Source: an uncultured Gammaproteobacteria bacterium (lineage in GTDB: Bacteria > Patescibacteriota > Microgenomatia > Levybacterales > UBA12049). From it: DNA of 64,000 nt. Positions 8,839 through 18,178 of this stretch are shown one piece after another. The notes below the pieces were generated by a model that worked only from the letters and a program-made list of their open reading frames with translations, did not search any database and was not told the origin of the DNA. The DNA is taken from contig CAZDOJ010000001.1 of NCBI GenBank assembly GCA_964507055.1, positions 913,313 to 977,312 of the forward strand, written 5' to 3'. Numbering within the stretch: the first letter of the stretch is position 1; the number at the start of each line of letters is the position of its first letter. Position numbers and translations under genes: made by a program.

Positions 8839-10878
8839 TTATATCCCAGGCGTACTAAAGTTACGTGACGCATCATCAACGATAAGTACCCAATCATTAT
8901 TGCTTCCCTGCGAAGGTGGAATAAATTGGACAGAGGCACCTTTGGTAATATTATTTATAACTGTAGCTGCACCTGTTCTTGGGTTGTACCAGTAAGCTTT
9001 AACTGTGATTCCGGAAAGTTTATTTAAATTTGCATTGAACGTCTGCCCATCAGGACTATATATCATAAGATATGATCCATCTGATGACCTTGTAGCCTGT
9101 ATCCGACTCATCCCGCTTCCTGCTGCTGTTGTAATAATACTTTGATCTGGAATTCTTATTAAGTATGGACGTGATTCTACTAATTTTTTTAGATATTGCA
9201 TCTGCATTGCTCCTGAAGCATTCATTGCCTGAGTCCAATTAACACGTGCTCCTGTAACTGGATTACTCCCACTATAGAATTGCCATACCGAATGATGTCC
9301 ATATGTATGTCCAAATGCACCTGCAAAAACTGACCAATAGGCAAACTTACGAACTTGATGTGGAGTAGAATAACCTTGGGAAGTTTGCCAACAAATCAAA
9401 TGGTCTTCATAAAGAGGTTCCCCATCTATGACAGGCTTGATAGGATTACGGGCATAATCTGTTTGAATAAGGTCATATGAAAGAGCATCATTGAGACAAT
9501 GTCCACTTTGTACCATATCAAAATCAAGCCATGTATCATTATGAAATGTTGTCGCTGAGGTTTGATTACCAATAGGATGATATGTCATAAGCATCTTACT
9601 GTAATCTTCAGTGCCTGTCATACCTATAGCTATACCTTTTGCCATGGCACGCCATATTGCTGCTTGCGTATTTGCATCATCGCCTCCGAAAACCCAAATC
9701 AGATTATTATTCGCATAGCGTTGTCCAAGAAATTGACCATATCCTTCAGCGTTGGAGGAAGTGACAATTGAACCAGCTTGATTGTGTGACCATACAGGAA
9801 GGAAGGCTACGTAGATTCCTCTCTTTTCTGCTTCAGTAATAAAGTAATCTACATGATCCCAATAATCGTATTCTGTAGCATTACTAGGGTTTGAGCCTAT
9901 CGTGGTGATAGGATTTGCAACTGATCCATTAATTGGATTATCTCCATATTTGTTCGGTCCTCTTGGTCCAGCATCAGGAAATATAGCCACCGCTTGAATG
10001 ACATTAAATCCTTGACTCTGCTTCGCATTAAGATAGGTGATCATCTCTTCCCGTGTAAGTTTGGTAAAGACACTCCAAGCAGTATCTCCTAACCAGAAAA
10101 AGGGTGTGCCATCATTTTTTACAAGATATCTTTTATCGGCACTCACATGTAGTGCCCCAGTACTTCCAGTTGGTGGAAGGGTTGGAATGACAACATTTGT
10201 TGGCAAAGGTGTTGTGGAAGCTACTGTCGTTGGAATGACAGCTGTTGGTATAGATGTAGCAGTCAGTGAGGGGATCTCAGTTGGTGAGAGAGTTATTGAA
10301 CCTGTTGCATATATTTCCATTCCAGAAAGGTTAAAATCTCCTCCTGTCTGAAGCAAAGAAACATTCCCATCAGTTATGACCGTAGTATATGGCCCCAGTC
10401 TCTTCCAACTTCCTTTTGCGCCACTATTTAAATTAGAAGCAACAGTTCTGCCTTCGAGAGCAAGTGAAAAAGTCGCAGGTGAGCTATCTTCCCATGAATA
10501 CATATATATATCATATGTTCCATTAGCAATAGGTACATTTACAGTTAAGGTTCCCACAGAGCTTCTCCATACAGATGAGCGGATCATTTGTGCTTTATTT
10601 GTACTAACCGATGGAGAAAGACTAATACTTTGATTTGCAAACCTTCGACCATTTGTGGTTACACCACTAGTACTTTCAGCTTGAAAGACGACACCGTCTA
10701 CTGTTAATTGTGAACCATTAAAGTTGACCGCTTTAATAAGCTGTTCTCCCGCCGCATTCGCACTATACATATGCAATGTAAAAAATGTTGCCATAAAGAG
10801 AAAGGATGAGGAAAAAACAACAAAGAGAAGAAAATGTCTATTAATTATTTTTTTAATCAATAGCAGATTTTTATTCAT
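8839..10878 (-). CDS. secreted glycoside hydrolase, GH140/DUF4038-like catalytic domain with an N-terminal malectin-like carbohydrate-binding domain and a C-terminal collagen-binding-like beta-sandwich
   Basis: N-terminal signal anchor. A malectin-like module (LIKAVNFNGSQLTVDGVVFQAE...GGDFNLSGMEIY). A Pro/Thr linker. KRYLVKNDGTPFFWLGDTAWSVF...GFNVIQAV matches the DUF4038/GH140 signature as I recall it. A C-terminal RPYLIRIPDQS...YWYNPRTG module. Confidence 0.6.
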   Translation of the reverse strand: MNKNLLLIKKIINRHFLLFVVFSSSFLFMATFFTLHMYSANAAGEQLIKAVNFNGSQLTVDGVVFQAESTSGVTTNGRRFANQSISLSPSVSTNKAQMIRSSVWRSSVGTLTVNVPIANGTYDIYMYSWEDSSPATFSLALEGRTVASNLNSGAKGSWKRLGPYTTVITDGNVSLLQTGGDFNLSGMEIYATGSITLSPTEIPSLTATSIPTAVIPTTVASTTPLPTNVVIPTLPPTGSTGALHVSADKRYLVKNDGTPFFWLGDTAWSVFTKLTREEMITYLNAKQSQGFNVIQAVAIFPDAGPRGPNKYGDNPINGSVANPITTIGSNPSNATEYDYWDHVDYFITEAEKRGIYVAFLPVWSHNQAGSIVTSSNAEGYGQFLGQRYANNNLIWVFGGDDANTQAAIWRAMAKGIAIGMTGTEDYSKMLMTYHPIGNQTSATTFHNDTWLDFDMVQSGHCLNDALSYDLIQTDYARNPIKPVIDGEPLYEDHLICWQTSQGYSTPHQVRKFAYWSVFAGAFGHTYGHHSVWQFYSGSNPVTGARVNWTQAMNASGAMQMQYLKKLVESRPYLIRIPDQSIITTAAGSGMSRIQATRSSDGSYLMIYSPDGQTFNANLNKLSGITVKAYWYNPRTGAATVINNITKGASVQFIPPSQGSNNDWVLIVDDASRNFSTPGI

Positions 10879-10986
10879 GAATACAATATGAGCTTAGAGA
10901 AATTCTTTTTCTAAGTCAATAATCAGATTACAAACTTATTAATCTAGTAGTAAGGTTGCCAGTAACTATTATGCGAAGATAATTCC

Positions 10987-12750
10987 TTAAGGAAGGCGCC
11001 ACTGCTGTTGAGGTAATGATGCATTACAAGTTGAGATCCGTAATTTAGTTGTGTCTGCTCCGGTATTGTTAACAGCTGCCAAACATTTGTTTGAATTCGG
11101 ATTACGTAGCGTCCCGTTAGTCTGTGGAACCCATTGTTGAGCAAGCCCTCCATTACAATCCCAGAGCCATACCGGTGTACTTTCAGCAGTTCCACTATAT
11201 TGTATATCCATGCACTTACCAAGAGATTTGAGATATTTGACTTGGTTACCGGTATTTCCAAATACGGTCCATTGTTGTGCACCAGTACCATTACAAGAGT
11301 ATATTTGAAGTAATGTCCCATTTGTTGTATTTGAGCCAGGTATATCAAGGCATTTGCTCGAAATCCCCTTAACAGCTCCTATAACTCGAGTTTGTCCAGT
11401 CATTTGTACCCAAAGTTGATCAAGTGTCTTCCCCCCTGTCGACTGTTGAAAAATTGCTTCACTATATGTACCATTATGCCCTGCTACATTTAATTTACGG
11501 ATGATATTGGGGTCATATGTATTCTTAATCCAATTAAGAAAGTATGCTGAAGTTCCATAACCATCTGTATAGTAGGACATTCCTCCCGGAACAGTTGGAG
11601 TTCTATCCTTATAGATATATTCACGAGTCCAATCAGCTATACCTTCAATAACCCATCCCGGAGTACCACCTGGATAATTTTGCATTATATGTGTGGATTC
11701 ATGAACAAAAAGACCTACGTCAGATGGATTATTTCTTGCATAATCGGCATTGAGCGTGATAGTTCCAGATCCAGCATCTGCTCCAGCTAGTCCATTGAAG
11801 TTAGGATCAATAACAACTTTTATAGTACAGGTGGGTAAATAATTTGGTGCAGCAATTGCATCTCCTACGACAGGATACCAAGTTTTTATTACAGGGATTA
11901 CTGATGTTTGTACCCAATTTTCAGTATCAGGTGCTAAAGAAGTATCACTTGTTACTGTAGGAATACAGGTTTTGTTAGGTTGAGGCGTAGGCGATACTGT
12001 TGGAATAGCTGTAGGGGTTATAGTTGGTACTGTTGGCGTAGGAGTCGGAATAGTAGTAGCTGTCGGAACAATGGTTGGAGCAGTAGTTGGAGCAGTAGTT
12101 GGCAGGGCTGTTGGTGTTGCAGTAGGCACTGATGTCGGAATCATTGTAGGTGTTGCCACCGTATTGAGCTGAAAACTCATATCATCGACATAAAAAACGT
12201 GAGTTCTTGAACCAGGATTTTGTATTACTTGAAAATCAAGAGCAGTACGACCTGTTGATTGAATAATGTACGTGTTTGAAACCTGTTGCCACTGTGTTGT
12301 TAATGTCACTGCAGGTCCATATACTGTGCGGGCGGCTGTGCTTCCTCCTCGCTCTCGAAGAGAGAGATATGCTTTACGACCAGCGTTAGAATCAGATCGA
12401 ACCCAAGCTGTGGCTAGATAGGCTTGTCCTTTTTGAGGATTTGCGATTGATTGGGAAGATTCTATTATATAATATGTGCCTCCAGTCGATGTAACTTTAC
12501 AAGAAGCTGTCCCAGATCGCTTAATAGACGTATTCTTAGAAAGACTCGCTTGATATCCTGTGAAGTAATTGGTCCCAGATTCACAGCCAGGGTTGCTTAA
12601 TACATTAGGACCGGCAGCATTAGCTTGACCATTCATAAAGGTAGAAAAAATAGCCACAAGAAGAAATATAAAAAAGCTGTAAACAACTGTATGAGGAGTT
12701 CGGGTTTTTCTTAAGAAATTTATACTATATTGAAACATAACTTCACTCAA
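10987..12750 (-). CDS. secreted HExxH zinc metallopeptidase (BSP, peptidase-of-plants-and-bacteria-like) with an N-terminal CBM4/9-like module and C-terminal ricin-B (QxW) lectin repeats
   Basis: Signal anchor. CBM-like module NPGCESGTNYFTGYQA...FYVDDMSF. PT-rich linker. HESTHIMQNYPGGTPGWVIEGIADW (HExxH). C-terminal beta-trefoil repeats with QQW or QxW (AQQWTVF, AQQWVPQ, QQQWRLP). The overlapping ORF 10944..11348 is spurious. Confidence 0.5.
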   Translation of the reverse strand: MSEVMFQYSINFLRKTRTPHTVVYSFFIFLLVAIFSTFMNGQANAAGPNVLSNPGCESGTNYFTGYQASLSKNTSIKRSGTASCKVTSTGGTYYIIESSQSIANPQKGQAYLATAWVRSDSNAGRKAYLSLRERGGSTAARTVYGPAVTLTTQWQQVSNTYIIQSTGRTALDFQVIQNPGSRTHVFYVDDMSFQLNTVATPTMIPTSVPTATPTALPTTAPTTAPTIVPTATTIPTPTPTVPTITPTAIPTVSPTPQPNKTCIPTVTSDTSLAPDTENWVQTSVIPVIKTWYPVVGDAIAAPNYLPTCTIKVVIDPNFNGLAGADAGSGTITLNADYARNNPSDVGLFVHESTHIMQNYPGGTPGWVIEGIADWTREYIYKDRTPTVPGGMSYYTDGYGTSAYFLNWIKNTYDPNIIRKLNVAGHNGTYSEAIFQQSTGGKTLDQLWVQMTGQTRVIGAVKGISSKCLDIPGSNTTNGTLLQIYSCNGTGAQQWTVFGNTGNQVKYLKSLGKCMDIQYSGTAESTPVWLWDCNGGLAQQWVPQTNGTLRNPNSNKCLAAVNNTGADTTKLRISTCNASLPQQQWRLP

Positions 12751-13020
12751 GAGTATTCCTTTCTACATACTATGTCAATAGACAGTTTCGTATTTAGCCT
12801 TATTTTTTATTATTAGGAGATCTAAAAGATTTCTTCTAAGGCACTACAATACAAAAATTGTATGCATAGACAGATTCGTGGATTCGCTCAAAGTATGACA
12901 GTTTTCAAATCAGAACATATAGAGAATTACCTAAAGCTCAAATGCTTATCTATCAATTTCTAGCTACTACAAAATATATAAGCACTAGAATAAACTTTCT
13001 TTATTAAACTTACAGTTGCA

Positions 13021-13029
13021 TGCTATAAT
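13021..13029 (+). promoter_or_regulatory. extended -10 promoter element TGCTATAAT, 11 nt upstream of the alaS ATG
   Basis: Exact TGnTATAAT. Spacer 13030..13040. ATG at 13041. No SD, so a leader of only about 5 nt is implied. Confidence 0.4.
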
Positions 13030-13040
13030 AATAGTCTACT

Positions 13041-14888
13041 ATGACCGCATCTGAAATAGTTACAAAATATATTGCATTTTACGAAAGTGAGGAACGAAGA
13101 TCGCATAAAAGAATAGCAAATTCTCCACTCGTACCACAAAATGATCCAACAACATTATTCACTTCTAGTGGCATGCAACCACTTGTACCATATCTGTTAG
13201 GCGAAACTCATCCTTTGGGAACAAAGCTTGTGAATGTTCAGAATTCATTCCGTGCTGTGGATATAGACGAAATTGGAGACAATAGGCACACAACATTTTT
13301 CCGCATGCTTGGGAATTGGAGTTTGGGAGATTACTTCAAGAAAGAACAAATCCCGTGGATTTATGAATTTTTAACACAAGAACTCAAGCTTGATCCTGAA
13401 AAGCTTTACGTCACTGTTTTCGAAGGGACTGATGACGTACCAGCTGATGATGAAGCAATTGCAATCTGGAAAGACCAATTTAAGAATGCTGGGGTTGCAA
13501 GTGAAGGACGAATTTTCTTATATGATGCTTCAAAGAATTGGTGGTCACGATCGGGTCCTCCAGAAAAAATGCCAGCTGGTGAACCAGGTGGGCCAAGTAG
13601 TGAAATCTTCTATGACTTTGGGGCAGATCTCAAGATCCATGAATCAAGTCAATTCAAAGACGAAAAGTGTCATCCAAATTGTGATTGTGGCCGATATATA
13701 GAAATAGGTAACAACGTCTTTATGGCATATAAAAAGCAAGAAGATGGTTCACTCCAGCCATTGCCAAAACCAAATGTCGATTTCGGTGGAGGTTTGGAAA
13801 GACTATTAATAGCTTCTGAACATCAACCAGATGTCTTCCAATCAAGTTTGTTAAAACCCGTCATTAAAGCAATAGAAAAAGAAACGCAGAAAGAATACAA
13901 AGCAAATGAACTTAGCATGAGAATCATTACAGATCATTTCGTCGCAGCAAGCTTTATTACACTTTCTGGAGTTCGTCCATCAAATCGAGATCAAGGATAT
14001 ATTTTGAGGAGATTGATTCGCCGTGGATTTGATCATTTTTCCAAGCTTGCAGGTAACGATGTATCACCTATTATTGAAACAATTGTCGAACAATATAAAG
14101 ACACAGATCCAGAACTTGTTACACAATATGAAGAGATCAAACTCACAATCCTTGAGGAAGTTAAGAAATATTCGACAGCACTTACCAAAGCAAAAGCATA
14201 TATTTTGAAACAGCATAAACAAACTGGAGACGAGCTTATGGGAGTTACCGAAATTACACCAGAAGACGTGTTCTATTTATATTCCTCTCACGGACTTTCT
14301 CCTACGCAGGTTGAAAGTTTGGGATATGTCTTCAATCGCCAAAAATTCGCGGAACTTATGGAGAAGCATCAGAACTTGAGTAAACAAGGTGCAGGACAGA
14401 AATTCCGAGGTGGATTGGCAGATCATCAAGAAAAAACAGTCATGGGACACACCGCAACGCATCTTTTACACCAAGCACTTCGTGATACGTTTGGCAAACA
14501 ATTACACCAATCAGGTTCGAACATTACAACTGAACGTCTTCGATTTGACTTCAACTTCGATCGAAAACTCACGGATGAAGAGATTAAAAAGCTTGAAGAT
14601 GTCGTCAATGGTAAAATTAAAGACAATCTTCGGGTTCATTTTGAAATGATCCCGACTGATGAAGCAAAACAAATTGGAGCAATTGGACTTTTTGAAGATA
14701 CATACGCGGATACATCAAAAATCTATTTCATCGGTGGAGATTCAAGTGACCCCAAGGCTGCATACTCAATCGAATTTTGTGGAGGACCACATGTAGAATT
14801 TACAGGAAAGCTAAAATCGTTTAAGATAATAAAGCAGGAGAACCTTGGCAATAAAATGCGAAGAGTTTATGCTGTTGTTGGAGATTAA
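13041..14888 (+). CDS. alaS: alanine--tRNA ligase (short form: catalytic plus editing domains, no C-terminal oligomerisation domain)
   Basis: TTLFTSSGMQPLVPYL...RHTTFFRMLGNWSLGDYFK (class II AlaRS core). Editing-site HTATHLLHQALR. 615 aa versus about 870 in the canonical enzyme. Confidence 0.88.
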   Translation: MTASEIVTKYIAFYESEERRSHKRIANSPLVPQNDPTTLFTSSGMQPLVPYLLGETHPLGTKLVNVQNSFRAVDIDEIGDNRHTTFFRMLGNWSLGDYFKKEQIPWIYEFLTQELKLDPEKLYVTVFEGTDDVPADDEAIAIWKDQFKNAGVASEGRIFLYDASKNWWSRSGPPEKMPAGEPGGPSSEIFYDFGADLKIHESSQFKDEKCHPNCDCGRYIEIGNNVFMAYKKQEDGSLQPLPKPNVDFGGGLERLLIASEHQPDVFQSSLLKPVIKAIEKETQKEYKANELSMRIITDHFVAASFITLSGVRPSNRDQGYILRRLIRRGFDHFSKLAGNDVSPIIETIVEQYKDTDPELVTQYEEIKLTILEEVKKYSTALTKAKAYILKQHKQTGDELMGVTEITPEDVFYLYSSHGLSPTQVESLGYVFNRQKFAELMEKHQNLSKQGAGQKFRGGLADHQEKTVMGHTATHLLHQALRDTFGKQLHQSGSNITTERLRFDFNFDRKLTDEEIKKLEDVVNGKIKDNLRVHFEMIPTDEAKQIGAIGLFEDTYADTSKIYFIGGDSSDPKAAYSIEFCGGPHVEFTGKLKSFKIIKQENLGNKMRRVYAVVGD

Positions 14889-14909
14889 CGAATAGTAAAA
14901 AACAATTAT

Positions 14910-17270
14910 ATGAAACTGCCCATCCCATTTTTTAATTCAAAGAACGACGACTCTGACTATTACTTAGCATTACTTCTCACGGAAGATAAAGCAAGTGCAG
15001 TCATTCTCAAAGCTACAGAAGAAAAACTTAAACCCCTGAATACTCATTCGGAATTCTTTCCTGAATCAATAGAGCATCTTAATCTTGAAGAGTTTATTAC
15101 CACAATTGATAAAACCATAAGTCGTGCTGAAGAAATCTTGCCACCACAGATTGAGACACATAAAACTGTCTTTGGAGTAAAAGACAAGTGGGTCGATCGT
15201 GAAACAAAAAAAATTAAAAAAGAGTATCTCGATAAACTAAAAAAGGTCTGTGATGCACTTGATCTTACTCCTATCGGGTTTATGGTGACAACGGAAGCAA
15301 TCACTCATTTGATCGAAGATGAAGAAGGTGCACCTGTTTCAGCAGTATTTGCCGAGATTGGTGAAAAACAAATCTCACTGAGCTTGCTTCGCGGTGGAAA
15401 AGTAGTTGAAACGATCAGTAGTACACTAATGCACTCAGCTCCACACACTGTGGATAAACTATTGTCTCATTTTACAGTTCCTGTCTTACCAGCACGAATT
15501 GTGTTGTATTTGAATAAACCTGACGAGGAAGCAAATCAAGCATTTATTTCACATCAATGGAGTAAGAGTTTGCCATTTCTCCATGTACCCCAAGTTACCG
15601 TCCTTCCTGTACATTTTGATACACGATCACTAACATATGGTGCTGCTACACAAATGGGGTTCACAGTATCAGAACCACATCACGAAGCCTTGCCTAAATT
15701 AACGAAAGAAGAGAAGAAAGAGGAAGAAGAAATTGCTGCAGAAGAACCACTTGAGGCAGTGAACGAGGAGGTTGAGAAAGATACAGAAACACCTGAGGAA
15801 GAACAAAGCGAGCTTAAAATGGATAATATTGCACCTGTTCCTGCTTCAGAAGAAAATTCAAGTGATTTTGGATTTGTTGTAGACGGTGAACCAGTTGCAC
15901 AAAAAGCTGTCCATCATGAACCAGAAGGCTCTCATCATTCAGAAATTGAGACCGAAACACATGGACATTCTTCTCACGAATCTCATCATCGAGACGAAGA
16001 TGAGGATGAAGAACGACCTCATAGATCAAAAAGTCTCTCTGAGAGATTACCATTCTTAGCAAACCTTTCACTTCCAAAAAATATAAAGATGCCAAATGTC
16101 AGTGGGATGATGGGTAGCATGAGCGGGAAGAAAGCACCGCTTAAGATTATTGTTCCGCTTCTTATAGTAATCATTCTTTTGGTCGGGACAAGCTTCTTTT
16201 ACATTAATGTCGTGAAAGCAACGGTTTCGCTATCGGTAAAACCAAATATCGTTAACGAACAAGCTTCTGTCACATTTTCAAGTGATGACTCAAACAATTT
16301 TTCCAACAATGTGATCGCTGCAAGAAGTATTTCTGCCTCAATTCAAACAGAATTATCTGGCAATGCTACTGGTAAAAAAGATGTGGGCGAAAAAGCTAAA
16401 GGAACTGTCACATTCTTTAATAATGATAACGACCCAGTAACGCTAAGCTCCGGTGCTGAAATACGTGCAAGTAATGGAGAAGTTTTTGTTTTGGATAAAG
16501 AAGCAAAGATTCCAGCAGCAACTGGTGATATATTCACAGGAACCAAACCAGGAAATGCTGACGCATCAGTAATAGCAAAAGATCTAGGAACAGAAGGAAA
16601 TGTCCCTTCTGGTACACGATTTACTGTGGGTTCCGCCAGTACACTTGCAGCAAGAAATGATAGTGCATTCTCCGGAGGAACGACGAAAAATGTCACGGTT
16701 GTTTCAAAAAGTGATTTGGACAAACTCCGTGCTGACATTTTGAAAAAGGGTCAAGCTGAAGCGCAAGGTAAACTTGCAGAAGAGGCAGAAAGTGGAGAAA
16801 CAGTTCTACCAGTCATAAGCTCACCATCTTTAGAAAACGCGACTTTTGATAAAAAAGAAGGAGACGAGGCAACCAAAGTTACATTAAAAGGAAATGTCAT
16901 ATACCAAGGACTTGCATACAATAATGATGATCTTAAAGAATATGGATTAACTGTACTTAAGTCTCAATACGCTGATGATGTCACATTTGCAGAGAGCAGT
17001 ATAAAAAGTACTGTGGAAGATGTTAATTTAGACGATCCAAAGACTGCAGAAGCACAAGTAACGGTTGAAGGTGGACAACTTCCAGAAATGGATACTGCTG
17101 ATATTATCAAAAACGTCAAGGACCAATCACTTGGACAAGCTCGGGAAACTATTTCAAACCTGCCTCAGGTAACAAAGACTGATATTACGTTTTCTCCTCC
17201 AATATTTATTATTCCTGATTTGTTCCCTCGCCTGCCAAATCAAATTAGCGTAGAAATAAAAACTGAGTAA
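14910..17270 (+). CDS. hypothetical bitopic membrane protein: cytoplasmic N-domain of about 260 aa (weakly FtsA/PilM-like), E/H-rich acidic linker, one TM, extracytoplasmic C-domain of about 370 aa
   Basis: 786 aa. The linker ...HHEPEGSHHSEIETETHGHSSHESHHRDEDEDEERPH is His/Glu-rich. TM segment LKIIVPLLIVIILLVGTSFFYINVV. No family confidently recognised. Lies immediately upstream of the sortase. Confidence 0.5.
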   Translation: MKLPIPFFNSKNDDSDYYLALLLTEDKASAVILKATEEKLKPLNTHSEFFPESIEHLNLEEFITTIDKTISRAEEILPPQIETHKTVFGVKDKWVDRETKKIKKEYLDKLKKVCDALDLTPIGFMVTTEAITHLIEDEEGAPVSAVFAEIGEKQISLSLLRGGKVVETISSTLMHSAPHTVDKLLSHFTVPVLPARIVLYLNKPDEEANQAFISHQWSKSLPFLHVPQVTVLPVHFDTRSLTYGAATQMGFTVSEPHHEALPKLTKEEKKEEEEIAAEEPLEAVNEEVEKDTETPEEEQSELKMDNIAPVPASEENSSDFGFVVDGEPVAQKAVHHEPEGSHHSEIETETHGHSSHESHHRDEDEDEERPHRSKSLSERLPFLANLSLPKNIKMPNVSGMMGSMSGKKAPLKIIVPLLIVIILLVGTSFFYINVVKATVSLSVKPNIVNEQASVTFSSDDSNNFSNNVIAARSISASIQTELSGNATGKKDVGEKAKGTVTFFNNDNDPVTLSSGAEIRASNGEVFVLDKEAKIPAATGDIFTGTKPGNADASVIAKDLGTEGNVPSGTRFTVGSASTLAARNDSAFSGGTTKNVTVVSKSDLDKLRADILKKGQAEAQGKLAEEAESGETVLPVISSPSLENATFDKKEGDEATKVTLKGNVIYQGLAYNNDDLKEYGLTVLKSQYADDVTFAESSIKSTVEDVNLDDPKTAEAQVTVEGGQLPEMDTADIIKNVKDQSLGQARETISNLPQVTKTDITFSPPIFIIPDLFPRLPNQISVEIKTE

Positions 17271-17275
17271 CTGCC

Positions 17276-18007
17276 ATGAAAACACAAATCTATAAAAAGG
17301 GAAACCGAAAAGATGTTCGGAAGATTATTCGTTTCGGAGGATTATTCTCATCTATTCTTGGATTGATCATCGGGATGTACACATTCTTCCCACTTATCTC
17401 GTACGAACTCTATATTAAACCGGCTTTTGCAAGCCAGACATTTGCTGCACCAATACCACAAAAAACAATTATTACGCAGGATTATATTCAGAGCTTATTT
17501 AAAAACACTGCGACATCACTTAGAAATCTGGGCACAAATAATTCTCAAAGTTGGATGCCAACAACATATAAAGAGATGGAAGTTGCGTCACAACTCTCCA
17601 ACTATTACCTTTCAATTCCCAAGCTAGGAATCACAAATGCCAATGTTTCGACAATCAGTAACAATGTTGATGAACACTTAGTTCATTTTCCTGGAACGAA
17701 TCTTCCACCAAATCAAGGGAATGCCGCAATCTTTGGACATTCTACCCTTCCACAATGGTTTGATCCAACCAACTATAAAGCAATATTCGCGACAGCACAC
17801 ACACTTCAGATTGGTGATGCAATCAATGTAACAATTAATAATCAAATCTATACATATAAGATTGTCGACATTTCTATTGTTGATCCAGAGCAAGCAACCT
17901 ACTTTGATCAAAATACTGATGGAAGTTACCTCACGCTTGTGACATGCACACCACCGGGAACGATATGGAAACGATTGCTAATAAAGGCTAAACTTGAGAC
18001 AATATAA
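17276..18007 (+). CDS. sortase family transpeptidase
   Basis: N-terminal TM anchor. Conserved His (AAIFGHST) and the catalytic TLVTC motif (LTLVTCTPPGT). Confidence 0.8.
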   Translation: MKTQIYKKGNRKDVRKIIRFGGLFSSILGLIIGMYTFFPLISYELYIKPAFASQTFAAPIPQKTIITQDYIQSLFKNTATSLRNLGTNNSQSWMPTTYKEMEVASQLSNYYLSIPKLGITNANVSTISNNVDEHLVHFPGTNLPPNQGNAAIFGHSTLPQWFDPTNYKAIFATAHTLQIGDAINVTINNQIYTYKIVDISIVDPEQATYFDQNTDGSYLTLVTCTPPGTIWKRLLIKAKLETI

Positions 18008-18025
18008 AAGAAAGGAGGATGACAT

Positions 18026-18178
18026 ATGCAAGATAATGTACAACAATCACGAGCAATGATTCTATTAAAAAAGGTATGGCCATATCTTAATAGAGTAATC
18101 AACTCCGTGGTCTACTTTATCATTATGATTATTAAAAACTTTTTCAAAAGTGCCATCCAAATGATTCAAGGTAAATAA
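18026..18178 (+). CDS. small hydrophobic protein (50 aa), unannotated in the ORF track
   Basis: ATG at 18026 is preceded by the strong SD AAAGGAGGA (18011..18019) at 7 nt. It encodes MQDNVQQSRAMILLKKVWPYLNRVINSVVYFIIMIIKNFFKSAIQMIQGK. The stop TAA at 18176..18178 overlaps the next start (TAATG). Confidence 0.4.
   Translation: MQDNVQQSRAMILLKKVWPYLNRVINSVVYFIIMIIKNFFKSAIQMIQGK

Noticed and set aside
10944-11348. 134-aa ORF overlapping the 3-prime part of the peptidase gene.
   Set aside because: Same strand, different frame, inside a gene with clear HExxH and ricin-B motifs. Spurious.
11990-12150. Short tandem DNA repeats (ggagcagtagttgg x2 and relatives). Similar periodic DNA occurs at 42860..42960 and 33060..33230.
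   Set aside because: They encode Pro/Thr- or Pro/Ala-rich linkers inside verified CDSs. They are not CRISPR arrays or mobile-element repeats.
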